A stretch of 64,000 nt of DNA, from the sequence record PQ871103.1. One strand, written 5' to 3'. This DNA comes from Escherichia phage vB_Eco_ZCEC15. This document shows positions 20,705 through 31,005 of the stretch, one piece after another. The notes under the pieces were generated by a model. That model did no database searches. It was not told where the DNA came from and saw only the letters and a program-made list of their open reading frames with translations. Position 1 is the first letter of the stretch, and every line of letters begins with the position of its first letter. The position numbers and the translations under genes were made by a program.

Positions 20705-20748
20705 TTTATTATCCTCAGTAGCTATGTTTATTATCCTCAGTAGCTATG
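20705..20748 (-). repeat. perfect 22-bp tandem direct repeat (2 copies) covering the SD of the downstream gene
   Basis: TTTATTATCCTCAGTAGCTATG at 20705-20726 and again at 20727-20748. Confidence 0.8.
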
Positions 20749-20752
20749 GTGG

Positions 20753-20783
20753 TATAATACCACAACTAACCGAGGAAGTAAAC
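20753..20783 (-). promoter_or_regulatory. early promoter
   Basis: minus strand GTTTAC, 18 bp, TATTAT preceded by TGG. Confidence 0.55.
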
Positions 20784-20789
20784 AACTTT

Positions 20790-21473
20790 TTATCGTTTTG
20801 TTGGAAGAGACAGAGGATCGCACTCTTCCTCTGACGGAGCATCTTCAAGACCCATAGCGTATCGCAAAGCATACTTCATCATCAGGATGTCTTTCGCACA
20901 GTCATGAATAGAATTATGCGCAACAAATCCATCTAAAGTTCCTTTTGGAAGGGGGCATGTGGTCATATCACGAACAAGCAGAAGTGCTTCAATTCTGGTA
21001 CGAATATCACGCTGATTCCAGAATTTACATGGTTCTAACTTAAATGTGTCAAGCTCATTCTCAGATACACCATTAAGGCGTTGAATATCACGAATGAGAT
21101 CGACTAAAATTGGAAAATCAAACGACATTCCACGGCACCAACCTTGAGATTTCCAAGGATCGATATTATGTGCATTGATGTAATCATTAAATTTTGCAAT
21201 ACCATCGATAGTGCTTACATCTTCATCTGATGGTGCAATATTTTTTCGAGCTTCAGGAGATTGGTTCTTCCACCATTCAATAGTGCTTTTAGTAAAAAGA
21301 CGATGTCCTTTTTGGCTTTTTAAATCAAATTTGATTTTAATGCCGCGTGAAACTAATTCATCAAATGTTTCAACTACTTCTGGATTAGGGTCAAAGGCAA
21401 TAACAGCCAAATCAATAACAGCTGCCTTTTCACCGCTTCCCATTGTTTCAAAATCTATAATAAAATCAAACAT
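20790..21473 (-). CDS. dexA: exonuclease A (DexA), DEDDh-type
   Basis: 227 aa MFDFIIDFETMGSGEKAAVIDLAVIAF.. with exonuclease motifs; size and position match T4 dexA. Confidence 0.85.
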   Translation of the reverse strand: MFDFIIDFETMGSGEKAAVIDLAVIAFDPNPEVVETFDELVSRGIKIKFDLKSQKGHRLFTKSTIEWWKNQSPEARKNIAPSDEDVSTIDGIAKFNDYINAHNIDPWKSQGWCRGMSFDFPILVDLIRDIQRLNGVSENELDTFKLEPCKFWNQRDIRTRIEALLLVRDMTTCPLPKGTLDGFVAHNSIHDCAKDILMMKYALRYAMGLEDAPSEEECDPLSLPTKR

Positions 21474-21748
21474 TAAATTTTCCTCGCTAAATCGCGAATT
21501 TGACCTACAGTATAATCTTGGATATAAACTTTATTAATGGGCTCATCAATAAATTTTGCCATAGATTCAATATCTTTTTGTATTTCTTCAAGACTGTATA
21601 CTATCTTTAAAGCTTTTTCACGAATAGTAACATTATCAGGTCCTGGATTTTCTTGAATGACAGCTTTAACATTTGCCATAAGAGATTTAAACTGATGCAA
21701 ACTCAATTCAATCATTAATAACCGCCTTATAAAGATGGCTAATTTCAC
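21473..21748 (-). CDS. hypothetical protein 91 aa
   Basis: ORF between dexA and dda; start may be the internal Met. Confidence 0.45.
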   Translation of the reverse strand: MKLAIFIRRLLMIELSLHQFKSLMANVKAVIQENPGPDNVTIREKALKIVYSLEEIQKDIESMAKFIDEPINKVYIQDYTVGQIRDLARKI

Positions 21749-21968
21749 CTAAAATATAATCACTGATTGTAACAGTTTTCACTTCACCGCAAAAGAATTC
21801 TAACGCAATCAAATCTCGTTCAATTTCTTCCAATTGAATCATTAACTTGCCTGATTCAATTTTTACATTTGTACGATTTTTACTATAAGCTATTTCATAA
21901 ATTTCGCTCACTTTATCTTGAAGCAGATAAAACTGGTCTTTAGTTATTTCCACGAATAGCTTCCTCAA
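21708..21968 (-). CDS. hypothetical protein 86 aa
   Basis: ORF between dexA and dda. Confidence 0.45.
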   Translation of the reverse strand: MRKLFVEITKDQFYLLQDKVSEIYEIAYSKNRTNVKIESGKLMIQLEEIERDLIALEFFCGEVKTVTISDYILGEISHLYKAVIND

Positions 21969-22200
21969 ATTTAATCAACAGCTTACAGACACTTTCATCT
22001 AGCGTAATTACCGTATCTGTATTACTGTGATATGATTGTTTTTCAATTCGTTTAATTGCTAGTATAGTATCACTTATAAGATTAAGCTTATAAAGGAGCT
22101 CAGCTCCTGTTACCATAACACTGAGGTTATCTTGCTTATCAGTATGCTTCTTTATACCATCTATTAGACGATTTAAATATTTTGAATTGATGTTAATCAT
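21940..22200 (-). CDS. hypothetical protein 86 aa
   Basis: ORF directly downstream of dda. Confidence 0.45.
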   Translation of the reverse strand: MININSKYLNRLIDGIKKHTDKQDNLSVMVTGAELLYKLNLISDTILAIKRIEKQSYHSNTDTVITLDESVCKLLIKFEEAIRGNN

Positions 22201-22206
22201 ATATCC

Positions 22207-23526
22207 TCACACATAAAACACATCATAACGACCACGAGTAACACCAACATAAAGAAGCTGCTGAGCTAGTTCAGCGTCTGCATAATGAATACAAGGCGTA
22301 TAAATGAAAGCACGGTCTACAGACATGCCCTGAGCTTTATGGAATGTTGATGCAGGAAGTGCTTTCACTTTACTAAACTGTGATTTAGCATCCCAAAAAT
22401 CACTCCACGGAGCTTTTCCACCTTTATTCCAATTTTTATACGTTTCTGCCGTTTTACCTAAAAATAGGTTAAACTTATACAGCTCTTCATCAGATGAAAT
22501 TATTTTAATCTTTTCACGATAATATTCATCATCGCTGTAAGTTTCTACTGTTAAATCCCAATGACGAATTAGATATTCTCCAGAAACACCACGAGCTTTA
22601 ACAAATGTTGATGTATACTCTGCTTCTATAATACGAACTAATTGTCCGTTATTAAAAATAATTTCTGACACAGGCTTTCCATCAATTTTATATGTTTTAA
22701 TTAATGGTTCCTGCATTACAATAATTTCACCGACGATAAAATCTTTATCAGTTTCAAAAATCTTTTTGCGAATAATACTATTTAACTTGTCGACAGATTT
22801 ATTCGTAAATGCCATTACGCGATTTTCAAACAAATCATCTAGTGATTTTACGATTGAAAAATAATTTACCATAAAATCGCGTAAAGCGGTATCACCAGTA
22901 AATCCACGTACTCCATGGCCGTCAACAACTTTATCATAAATCCACTTACCGTTGCGAACATCAGTAGCTACATCAATAATAGGAGCATTACTGCGTTTAA
23001 CTTCAGTGAGTTCACACTGATAAAAATCTTTATGTGTAAAGAACGGACTGATATAAGCGGTGTTTTCTCCTGGGTCAACAGGTCTAATTTGCTTATTATC
23101 GCCTATTCCAATTATAGTACACCACGGCGGGATAGTTGAAAGCAAAATTTTAAATAACTTTCTATCATACATTGACACTTCGTCGCAGATTAATACTCTG
23201 CATTTAGCTAAATCCGGTACTTCTTTTTGTTCAAAAAGAACGTTTTCTTCATATGTTACCGGGTTGATTTTGAGAATACTGTGAATAGTACTCGCTTCTT
23301 TCCCTGACAGTTTTGAAAGAATCTTTTTAGCTGCATGAGTAGGAGCTGCTAAAATAATACCAGTTTCGCCTGTAGATATTAAGGCTTCAATGATGAACTT
23401 AGTAAGAGTAGTCTTACCAGTACCAGCAGGTCCATTAATAGTTACATGATGTTTCTTTTCTTTAATAGCCCTCATAACGATGTTAAAGGCATTTTTCTGG
23501 CCTTCTGTCAAATCATCAAATGTCAT
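22207..23526 (-). CDS. dda: DNA helicase Dda (SF1B)
   Basis: 439 aa with Walker A GPAGTGKTT; sequence matches remembered T4 Dda. Confidence 0.9.
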   Translation of the reverse strand: MTFDDLTEGQKNAFNIVMRAIKEKKHHVTINGPAGTGKTTLTKFIIEALISTGETGIILAAPTHAAKKILSKLSGKEASTIHSILKINPVTYEENVLFEQKEVPDLAKCRVLICDEVSMYDRKLFKILLSTIPPWCTIIGIGDNKQIRPVDPGENTAYISPFFTHKDFYQCELTEVKRSNAPIIDVATDVRNGKWIYDKVVDGHGVRGFTGDTALRDFMVNYFSIVKSLDDLFENRVMAFTNKSVDKLNSIIRKKIFETDKDFIVGEIIVMQEPLIKTYKIDGKPVSEIIFNNGQLVRIIEAEYTSTFVKARGVSGEYLIRHWDLTVETYSDDEYYREKIKIISSDEELYKFNLFLGKTAETYKNWNKGGKAPWSDFWDAKSQFSKVKALPASTFHKAQGMSVDRAFIYTPCIHYADAELAQQLLYVGVTRGRYDVFYV

Positions 23527-23834
23527 CGTAAATTCCCTGCAATTGGTATACTAACAATACGCCCAGTATCTAAAATTCGCCGATATAATCTTTGTGTGTC
23601 TACATCAGGCTTAACACGTTTAACTTCTATTTTATTAAACCAAAACTTACGTGGAGTCTCAACTAATCTCGGAATTCCCATACCTAAAGCTAGTCGATAC
23701 TGCTCTTTAAGAGTAGTAAATACTTTATCAGCAATCTCCCTTTCAAAAAATACAGCAGGGCGATGTTCATCAAGCGGAACTGGCGCCGTAAATCCATCTT
23801 TATCTCTATAAACTATCGCATATACATAAAACAT
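23523..23834 (-). CDS. hypothetical protein 103 aa (dda.1 position)
   Basis: ORF with ATGA overlap onto dda. Confidence 0.55.
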   Translation of the reverse strand: MFYVYAIVYRDKDGFTAPVPLDEHRPAVFFEREIADKVFTTLKEQYRLALGMGIPRLVETPRKFWFNKIEVKRVKPDVDTQRLYRRILDTGRIVSIPIAGNLR

Positions 23835-23835
23835 A

Positions 23836-24571
23836 TTATCCTCGGATAAGTTTAAAAATTGAACAATTTAGCGGGTATCCTCTTTTCAGTTTAAGTTTAT
23901 CAATAAAAGACAAATTTTGATACCGCTCTACACCTTGAATAATTTTATCACACATATCATATTGCATTTCTGCTTCTGACAACCTTTTCACAGTTTTCCA
24001 ATCCGAGCCTTTAAGAAGAACGTTCAATTTAACAACTTCAGCGCCTTCTGCTATACGAGAACCATCAATACGAGCTTTGAGTGCTACAATCGTTAGCTTA
24101 ATGTCTGAGGTTTGTTTTGATTTAGAAAGCTGAGAAATGTGTTCAATTCGGTTTTCACGTTTTTTCTGTATAGCTTTAATTTGATTATAAGTCTTTTTGA
24201 TTTTAGCCCATTTCTTTTCATCTAAATTTAGTTTATGAACTTTTTTCGCAGATGAACGACCAATTCGCAAAGCAAATAAATCACGCTTTTCAATCAACTC
24301 TTCTAAAGTATAATCAGAACGAAATGTATTGTACTTTTTCTTTACTGCAATAACATTCCCTTTAATGTATCCAACGTTATTATCAAAACGTTCTAATGAT
24401 AATTTCTCTCCTTCAATACGATTATCAAAAGTAAGCGCAAACTTTCTGATCTAAAATGTTCTTAATGTAATTGAAGTCTAAGTTAAAATCTTTAGAACGT
24501 CTTTTAGCAGATGCCTGAGTGTGCTCAAGACGACGTTTAATTTTACGAATTTGATTATTAGACAGTTTCAT
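23836..24571 (-). pseudogene. srd: srd-like gene interrupted by an apparent frameshift (sequencing error not excluded)
   Basis: ATG-initiated 48-codon fragment (24425-24571, MKLSNNQIRKIKRRLEH..) ends at TGA; downstream frame (23836-24450, 204 codons) has no ATG at its 5 prime end; frames differ by one nt near an A4 run at 24427-24430. Confidence 0.45.
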
Positions 24572-24600
24572 ATTTTTCTCACGGACGGTTAACTACTTAT

Positions 24601-24631
24601 ACTATAACATTTTTACTTCAGCTTGTAAACA
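24601..24631 (-). promoter_or_regulatory. early promoter upstream of srd
   Basis: minus strand GTTTAC, 18-19 bp, TATAGT; UP element AACTTTATGAAAAA. Confidence 0.5.
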
Positions 24632-24686
24632 ACTTTATGAAAAATGCTTTAAAACTTTCATGGTATAATGAATCTAAGTCCTTCCA

Positions 24687-25289
24687 TTATAGATTAAATC
24701 CTTCAAAATCAAGAGTATAGATAGTGTATGTTGAATACTTTTTATACTCGTATCTATCCGCAATTCTAAATACACTTCCAGCTGGTATCATTACTTCTTG
24801 TTCATCTGAAACTAATTCCATATTACGATAACGATGGCTATCCGGAAATTTAAAACTCGGGCTATATTCTTTACAACGTAAAGCTTTTATAGCATACTCC
24901 TGGAAATTAAACACCATAGGAGCTTTGAATTCAAAAATAACTTGTGTGTTGTATTCTAATCCAGAAGCAAAATGTAGAGCTATATTTTTATCATATGAAG
25001 CTGATACTACTTTATCAAATGTAATAATATCAATTCCTTGATTTAACACCTGCTTAGTCTCAACTGGAACACCTCTCCAAAGAGGTTTATCGTTTGGAAC
25101 CAAACGAGATTTGATTATTTCATTTAACCAAGAATGATCGTCTGGTTTATTAGTAATACAATGAATTAAAAGTTCAATTTCAGATAAATTAAATCCTTCG
25201 GAAAGTAATTCTTCACGAATAGAAGCACGCACGGATGCATCCATTGATTTGATTTTAAAATCTTTTAATTGCATTGCTGAATATTTCAT
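24687..25289 (-). CDS. modA: ADP-ribosyltransferase ModA
   Basis: 200 aa, size and position match T4 ModA; ATGA overlap with modB. Confidence 0.8.
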   Translation of the reverse strand: MKYSAMQLKDFKIKSMDASVRASIREELLSEGFNLSEIELLIHCITNKPDDHSWLNEIIKSRLVPNDKPLWRGVPVETKQVLNQGIDIITFDKVVSASYDKNIALHFASGLEYNTQVIFEFKAPMVFNFQEYAIKALRCKEYSPSFKFPDSHRYRNMELVSDEQEVMIPAGSVFRIADRYEYKKYSTYTIYTLDFEGFNL

Positions 25290-25909
25290 TCAACTACCTC
25301 AATATCATACACTTTAAATGTTCCAAATGAATCATGTAATTTTTCTTTTGAAATAGAAGTTATTTTATACTTTCCAATTGGAATCATCCATTCTTGTTCA
25401 CGCACAATCATCATTAAGTTATCAGTACGTTCTGAATCTAATCCATCAGTATCTTCATATGTATACTTAAACTCAGTATTAGGAGAAGAAAGTATAATAT
25501 CACTGATATGGTCAGAATAATTAAAAGCTTTATCAGTTTTTAAGCGAAATATTATTTCAGTGAAATACTCAACATAAGAAAAACCACATGCTGTGTGCAA
25601 ACTAGTAGTAAATGAATCTACTCTGTTCGTTGAAAACACTTCTCCGATTTGTAAATCTTTAATGAGTTCTTTTGTCGATTTTGATATACCACGATATAGC
25701 TGATAAGGCGATTTAGTTAAATGCTTTTTAACGATTTTATTCAACTGCTGATGAAGAGCTTCATTCTTTTTGGCTTCCATACATTGCCAAAGAATTGACT
25801 GTTCAAAGTCAGTAAATTTTTCACAGACCTTTTTATACATATCATATTGAAAATCGACACTTTCAGCTTTTATAGATAACTGTTCAACATCTGTGAGATT
25901 AATAATCAT
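25286..25909 (-). CDS. modB: ADP-ribosyltransferase ModB
   Basis: 207 aa from ATG at 25909 with GGAGG SD (ORF-track start 25921 lacks SD); paralogous to ModA. Confidence 0.75.
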   Translation of the reverse strand: MIINLTDVEQLSIKAESVDFQYDMYKKVCEKFTDFEQSILWQCMEAKKNEALHQQLNKIVKKHLTKSPYQLYRGISKSTKELIKDLQIGEVFSTNRVDSFTTSLHTACGFSYVEYFTEIIFRLKTDKAFNYSDHISDIILSSPNTEFKYTYEDTDGLDSERTDNLMMIVREQEWMIPIGKYKITSISKEKLHDSFGTFKVYDIEVVE

Positions 25910-25976
25910 GATAGCCTCCATATACTTCAGAAGCTATCATATCATTGTTAGGAAGGAAAGTAAACAACTTTTTGAA

Positions 25977-26159
25977 TTATTTTGCCCAGGGAGCCCAGGG
26001 CGGAGGGTCAAGATGGTATGAAGCTAGTTCTTCTAGAAGAGCATCTGGGGCTTCAATTCCATAATTCTGTAATACTATACGGTACTCTTTCTTATAATCA
26101 CTAGAATCATTCTGGATATTCGTAGAATGATTATCTTCTAACATCTCAAATAAATCCAT
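25977..26159 (-). CDS. hypothetical protein 60 aa
   Basis: ORF downstream of promoter-like region at 25936-25965. Confidence 0.45.
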   Translation of the reverse strand: MDLFEMLEDNHSTNIQNDSSDYKKEYRIVLQNYGIEAPDALLEELASYHLDPPPWAPWAK

Positions 26160-26167
26160 ATTAATTC

Positions 26168-26638
26168 CTAGCGATAAAAACCAAAATAACGATTAGCTTC
26201 AATAATCTTTCTTTCTTCTTCAGATATTCTCCAGCGTAGTCCAACATCAAAATGAGCCCAGACCATCTTAACAAATGCATTTATATCTTTAATATCTTCA
26301 ATAATGAATGATTTACTTTTAGAAGGTTGACTCGCTAATTTAACTTTATCGTCTTCAAACAGGTCAAAAAGACCATATTCATGGGCTCTTTTATAGCCTT
26401 TAATAGTTAAAGCTTCAGAAGAAGAAAACGGTGAATCAGTATTCTGTAAAATATCTTCAGTATGCTTTATAATTAGAATAACATTTTCTGGATATTTTCT
26501 TTCTTTTATATCTTTAATTAAAAGATCCGGATTTTCTGCTAAAGGAATAATTAATGAGCATTTTTTATCAAGTGCATTTACTGATTTACCTTCTTTAGAC
26601 ATAAATTCTATTGAATAATGTTTTGCTACTTCAATCAT
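26168..26638 (-). CDS. hypothetical protein 156 aa (mrh region)
   Basis: ORF in modB-soc interval. Confidence 0.5.
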   Translation of the reverse strand: MIEVAKHYSIEFMSKEGKSVNALDKKCSLIIPLAENPDLLIKDIKERKYPENVILIIKHTEDILQNTDSPFSSSEALTIKGYKRAHEYGLFDLFEDDKVKLASQPSKSKSFIIEDIKDINAFVKMVWAHFDVGLRWRISEEERKIIEANRYFGFYR

Positions 26639-26791
26639 GTGATTTCCTTTTGCCTACTAATGGACCGTCAGGAATTTTGTTTTCCTGGATATATTTCTCA
26701 TTTTCTTCCATCATTTTACTGCCAATTTTAAGAAGCAAATCCATTGCTTCATTTGCTTTAGCTTTAGCCTCTTCTAGCGTCATATCTCTGT

Positions 26792-26995
26792 TCATGATTT
26801 ATCCCCATAGATGTCTCTCATTAATTTAAGCGCTGAGCGTTCTAATTTCTTTTCTTTCTCAGCACTAATCATTGATTTCATCCATTCTTCCGATTCGTTC
26901 TGCATTTCTTTATTTGCTTGTTCAACCCAACCATCATCAATATACATCGAGTTTGGTCTATTGAACCATTCAAGCATCTTCTTCAGAGCTTTCAT
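26792..26995 (-). CDS. hypothetical protein 67 aa
   Basis: ORF in modB-soc interval. Confidence 0.45.
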   Translation of the reverse strand: MKALKKMLEWFNRPNSMYIDDGWVEQANKEMQNESEEWMKSMISAEKEKKLERSALKLMRDIYGDKS

Positions 26996-27467
26996 TTGTT
27001 TTACCTAAAACAATAGTAGGAGCATCGTCAAATTTATGAATTTTTAGCAAATTTGGATTTAAACTATTCCATAAAGAGGTAATAAAATATGACAGCGCAT
27101 TTTCTTCCGTAATTATAAATTTATTTCCCTTATCTATTTTCCAGTCGTATATTGAATCATATGAATATAACGGCAATGGTTTATTGTTATAATATGATTC
27201 AGCAGCATCAATATAGTTAGATTTAGTAAATGCTTGAATTGACATAAATGGAGAATTTCGTACAGTTTCAATAATTCCGATCTTTTTAAGTTTTATTTCA
27301 ACATCTTCTGGAACTGGCATTGAAATAAAATCTTCTACTAGATACATGCTATTATCATATCTTTTATCAATCATTACTGCTACTGTAATTGGAATATCTT
27401 TAGCAAACGCCATGCTATCACTGCTAATATACATTTCAAACAAAATCGCTTCCATAATTTTCCTCAA
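26970..27467 (-). CDS. hypothetical protein 165 aa
   Basis: ORF in modB-soc interval. Confidence 0.5.
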   Translation of the reverse strand: MRKIMEAILFEMYISSDSMAFAKDIPITVAVMIDKRYDNSMYLVEDFISMPVPEDVEIKLKKIGIIETVRNSPFMSIQAFTKSNYIDAAESYYNNKPLPLYSYDSIYDWKIDKGNKFIITEENALSYFITSLWNSLNPNLLKIHKFDDAPTIVLGKTNESSEEDA

Positions 27468-27805
27468 TCACAAGATGTAGATGAACAACTAGAATCACAA
27501 GAACTTCCACATGAATCGCCCGTCCATACATGAACAGGAACATTAGTATCATATGAATCAGAACTAGACTGTGTATTCTGCGTATTAGATGATGTAGTAG
27601 GTGTTGACCAACGCCAAGGATTTTTATAATATTCCTGGGCTTCTTCATAAGTCATAGTAACTGCTTCTACTGTTCCATCTCCCATATAAACATATTCAAC
27701 TACAGTTAAAGGAAGGTAGTCATTTGAAATAGGAACTACACCTTCTCCGGGAGTCGTAGAGAAAAAATCCGTAAAGAAACTTTTAAACCAATTAAAGATA
27801 AACAT
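27464..27805 (-). CDS. hypothetical protein 113 aa with Ser/Cys-rich C-terminal tail
   Basis: hydrophobic N-terminus; C-terminal [19 protein letters not shown]. Confidence 0.5.
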   Translation of the reverse strand: MFIFNWFKSFFTDFFSTTPGEGVVPISNDYLPLTVVEYVYMGDGTVEAVTMTYEEAQEYYKNPWRWSTPTTSSNTQNTQSSSDSYDTNVPVHVWTGDSCGSSCDSSCSSTSCD

Positions 27806-28017
27806 TACAAAAAGCCTCTTTGAAATTCGACTCTTTGAAATCCACCCCAGTCAGTGTATCGCATTTCAGCATTGAACTCGACTGAACCATCTGCATGCAT
27901 CATGAATGAATGCGTGACGATATCACAATCCCAGCTTTTCATACCCCATTTATCAGAGATAGCTTTATCAAGAACCTTCTGGAGGTCTTCATTTGGTTTA
28001 ATCCAACGATTTAACAT
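27805..28017 (-). CDS. hypothetical protein 70 aa
   Basis: ORF downstream of early promoter 28044-28073. Confidence 0.5.
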   Translation of the reverse strand: MLNRWIKPNEDLQKVLDKAISDKWGMKSWDCDIVTHSFMMHADGSVEFNAEMRYTDWGGFQRVEFQRGFL

Positions 28018-28043
28018 AGTGCTCTCCTCTATAAGATAATTTT

Positions 28044-28073
28044 ATTATACCATACTCATTGTGGAAAGTAAAC
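28044..28073 (-). promoter_or_regulatory. early promoter
   Basis: minus strand GTTTAC TTTCCACAATGAGTATGG TATAAT. Confidence 0.65.
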
Positions 28074-28088
28074 TGGTAAAATGAAAAA

Positions 28089-28108
28089 AGGACTCCCGAA
28101 GGAGTCCT
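28089..28108 (-). terminator. rho-independent terminator downstream of soc
   Basis: AGGACTCC CGAA GGAGTCCT stem-loop followed on the minus transcript by UUUUUCAUUUU. Confidence 0.6.
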
Positions 28109-28115
28109 TGAATTA

Positions 28116-28361
28116 TTAACCACCAGTTACTTTCCACAAATCTTCGTTTGCAGTAATCCATGCATCACGTTGATTTTCTTCATATACTGTAGAATATGCT
28201 GCTTTTTCTGAAGGGAATATCTGATAATGAGCGCCAGAAATTTTGTGAACGTCAGAATAAAGAGGGAAAGCTACAGAAATTTCCTTTCCTTCAATTTTCT
28301 TATTTCCATCTAATTTTTGCTCAAATGTTTTAATATTAACATAACCGCGAGTACTAGCCAT
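28116..28361 (-). CDS. soc: small outer capsid protein Soc
   Basis: 81 aa MASTRGYVNIKTFEQKLDGNKKIEGKEISVAFPLYSDVHKISGAHYQ.. matches remembered T4 Soc; AAGGAGA SD. Confidence 0.85.
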   Translation of the reverse strand: MASTRGYVNIKTFEQKLDGNKKIEGKEISVAFPLYSDVHKISGAHYQIFPSEKAAYSTVYEENQRDAWITANEDLWKVTGG

Positions 28362-28377
28362 GTAATTCTCCTTTTAT

Positions 28378-28587
28378 TTAAATTACATGACTATTTATAA
28401 TAAATTCTTGCGGAACGTTAAAATACCCAATTTTAGTTAATATAACAACATCACCGTTAATAATTACCGGAGAATAATCGGCTGGAGCATTAAACTTCCA
28501 ATGGGCTCTAATATTATATCCATCAGAACCAAATGCTCGACTAGCCGGTCGCCCGGCTTTTTGCCATGCATAAAAATCAAATTTCAT
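28378..28587 (-). CDS. hypothetical protein 69 aa
   Basis: ORF between 56 and soc where T4 carries segF; no endonuclease motif. Confidence 0.5.
   Translation of the reverse strand: MKFDFYAWQKAGRPASRAFGSDGYNIRAHWKFNAPADYSPVIINGDVVILTKIGYFNVPQEFIINSHVI
28393..28400 (-). promoter_or_regulatory. late promoter for soc
   Basis: exact TATAAATA on the minus strand about 32 nt upstream of soc ATG. Confidence 0.65.
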
Positions 28588-28787
28588 TTTGAATGCTCTA
28601 CAATTAATTTTAAGGCTTCTTCATGTACCCACTTACCTAATGGTATATGTCCAGTTTTAATTGTGTAAGCTTTGTGGAGCTGATTAGATAAGAGCTCGTA
28701 TGTGAGCTCCTTGTCATAATTTTTAAATAGCTGGTCAATACGTTTCTTGTGGGCTTTCTTAAGCTGGCGTTTATTTAAACGAGCCAT
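28584..28787 (-). CDS. hypothetical basic protein 67 aa
   Basis: ORF with ATGA overlaps on both sides. Confidence 0.5.
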   Translation of the reverse strand: MARLNKRQLKKAHKKRIDQLFKNYDKELTYELLSNQLHKAYTIKTGHIPLGKWVHEEALKLIVEHSK

Positions 28788-29305
28788 TAATAACCTCGGT
28801 CTTGACGAGCGAAGTTTTCAGCATTTTTCAGATAATAAAGTTTAAAGATTTCTTCAGCCGTAAGACCGAGGCCTTGGAACATGTTCAGAACGAAATGAAG
28901 AATATCAATCATTTCGAATTTAATTTCCAACTGGTCTTGTGGAGACAAATCAGTAATCAGAGTTTCACGTCGTTCACCATGTTGAGCTTTCCAAGGCTTC
29001 CATACAGCAGATGCATCTTTTTCACCATTGCTCATACCACCAAGAGAAGTCAGAAGTTCGCGGAATTCATCATCAATATAATCTTTCTGATTACGCAGCC
29101 AATCAACAACTTCACCTGCAGTAGCCAAATCATCAGGATGACGGTTATATTCAGGTTTATCTTTAGCTAAACGAATCTGCAGAGATTTCTGCATATCAAG
29201 CATAACCTGCAGCGGGTCTTTTTCATCACCGAGAATATCCCAGTATTCATTTTGAGCTTTATCAGCGCCTTCAATCAGTTGTGAACATTCATTAAAGTAT
29301 GCCAT
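28787..29305 (-). CDS. 56: dCTPase/dUTPase gp56
   Basis: 172 aa from ATG at 29305 with AAAGGAAAAATA SD (ORF-track TTG at 29320); MazG-like; size matches T4 gp56. Confidence 0.8.
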   Translation of the reverse strand: MAYFNECSQLIEGADKAQNEYWDILGDEKDPLQVMLDMQKSLQIRLAKDKPEYNRHPDDLATAGEVVDWLRNQKDYIDDEFRELLTSLGGMSNGEKDASAVWKPWKAQHGERRETLITDLSPQDQLEIKFEMIDILHFVLNMFQGLGLTAEEIFKLYYLKNAENFARQDRGY

Positions 29306-29365
29306 TATTTTTCCTTTCAATTCATTAATAAGTTAAATAATTATATCATTTGAGTATGTAAGCAA

Positions 29366-30705
<1,340 letters not shown>

Positions 30706-30730
30706 TATATCATCCTCAGCAATTTATTTT

Positions 30731-30760
30731 ATAATACCATAACAAGCTGAGAAAGTAAAC
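30731..30760 (-). promoter_or_regulatory. early promoter for the 186-aa ORF/dam/56 unit
   Basis: minus strand GTTTAC TTTCTCAGCTTGTTATGG TATTAT with UP element. Confidence 0.55.
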
Positions 30761-30804
30761 AAATTTATGAAATTTGTGATAAATATTAATTTAAAGGAGG
30801 ACAT

Positions 30805-31005
30805 ATGGCACAAAAATTAATGGCACTTGTTAATGCCATAAAAGGTAATAAAAAACGTATAGCTTTTACTATTTCTGCTATGGTAGGAATTTTACTCTGG
30901 AACTTTATTTTATCACCAATTGCAATTGCGCATGGTGTTAATATTCCAGTAGTTACTCTTGATACATTCGTAGATCTAGCATTTGCTTTAGTTGGGTTAA
31001 TTTAA
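30805..31005 (+). CDS. small membrane protein 66 aa on the opposite strand
   Basis: two predicted TM helices; AAAGGAGG SD 4 nt before ATG; GATAAATA late-promoter-like motif at 30779-30786; 3 prime end overlaps gene 61 stop. Confidence 0.45.
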   Translation: MAQKLMALVNAIKGNKKRIAFTISAMVGILLWNFILSPIAIAHGVNIPVVTLDTFVDLAFALVGLI

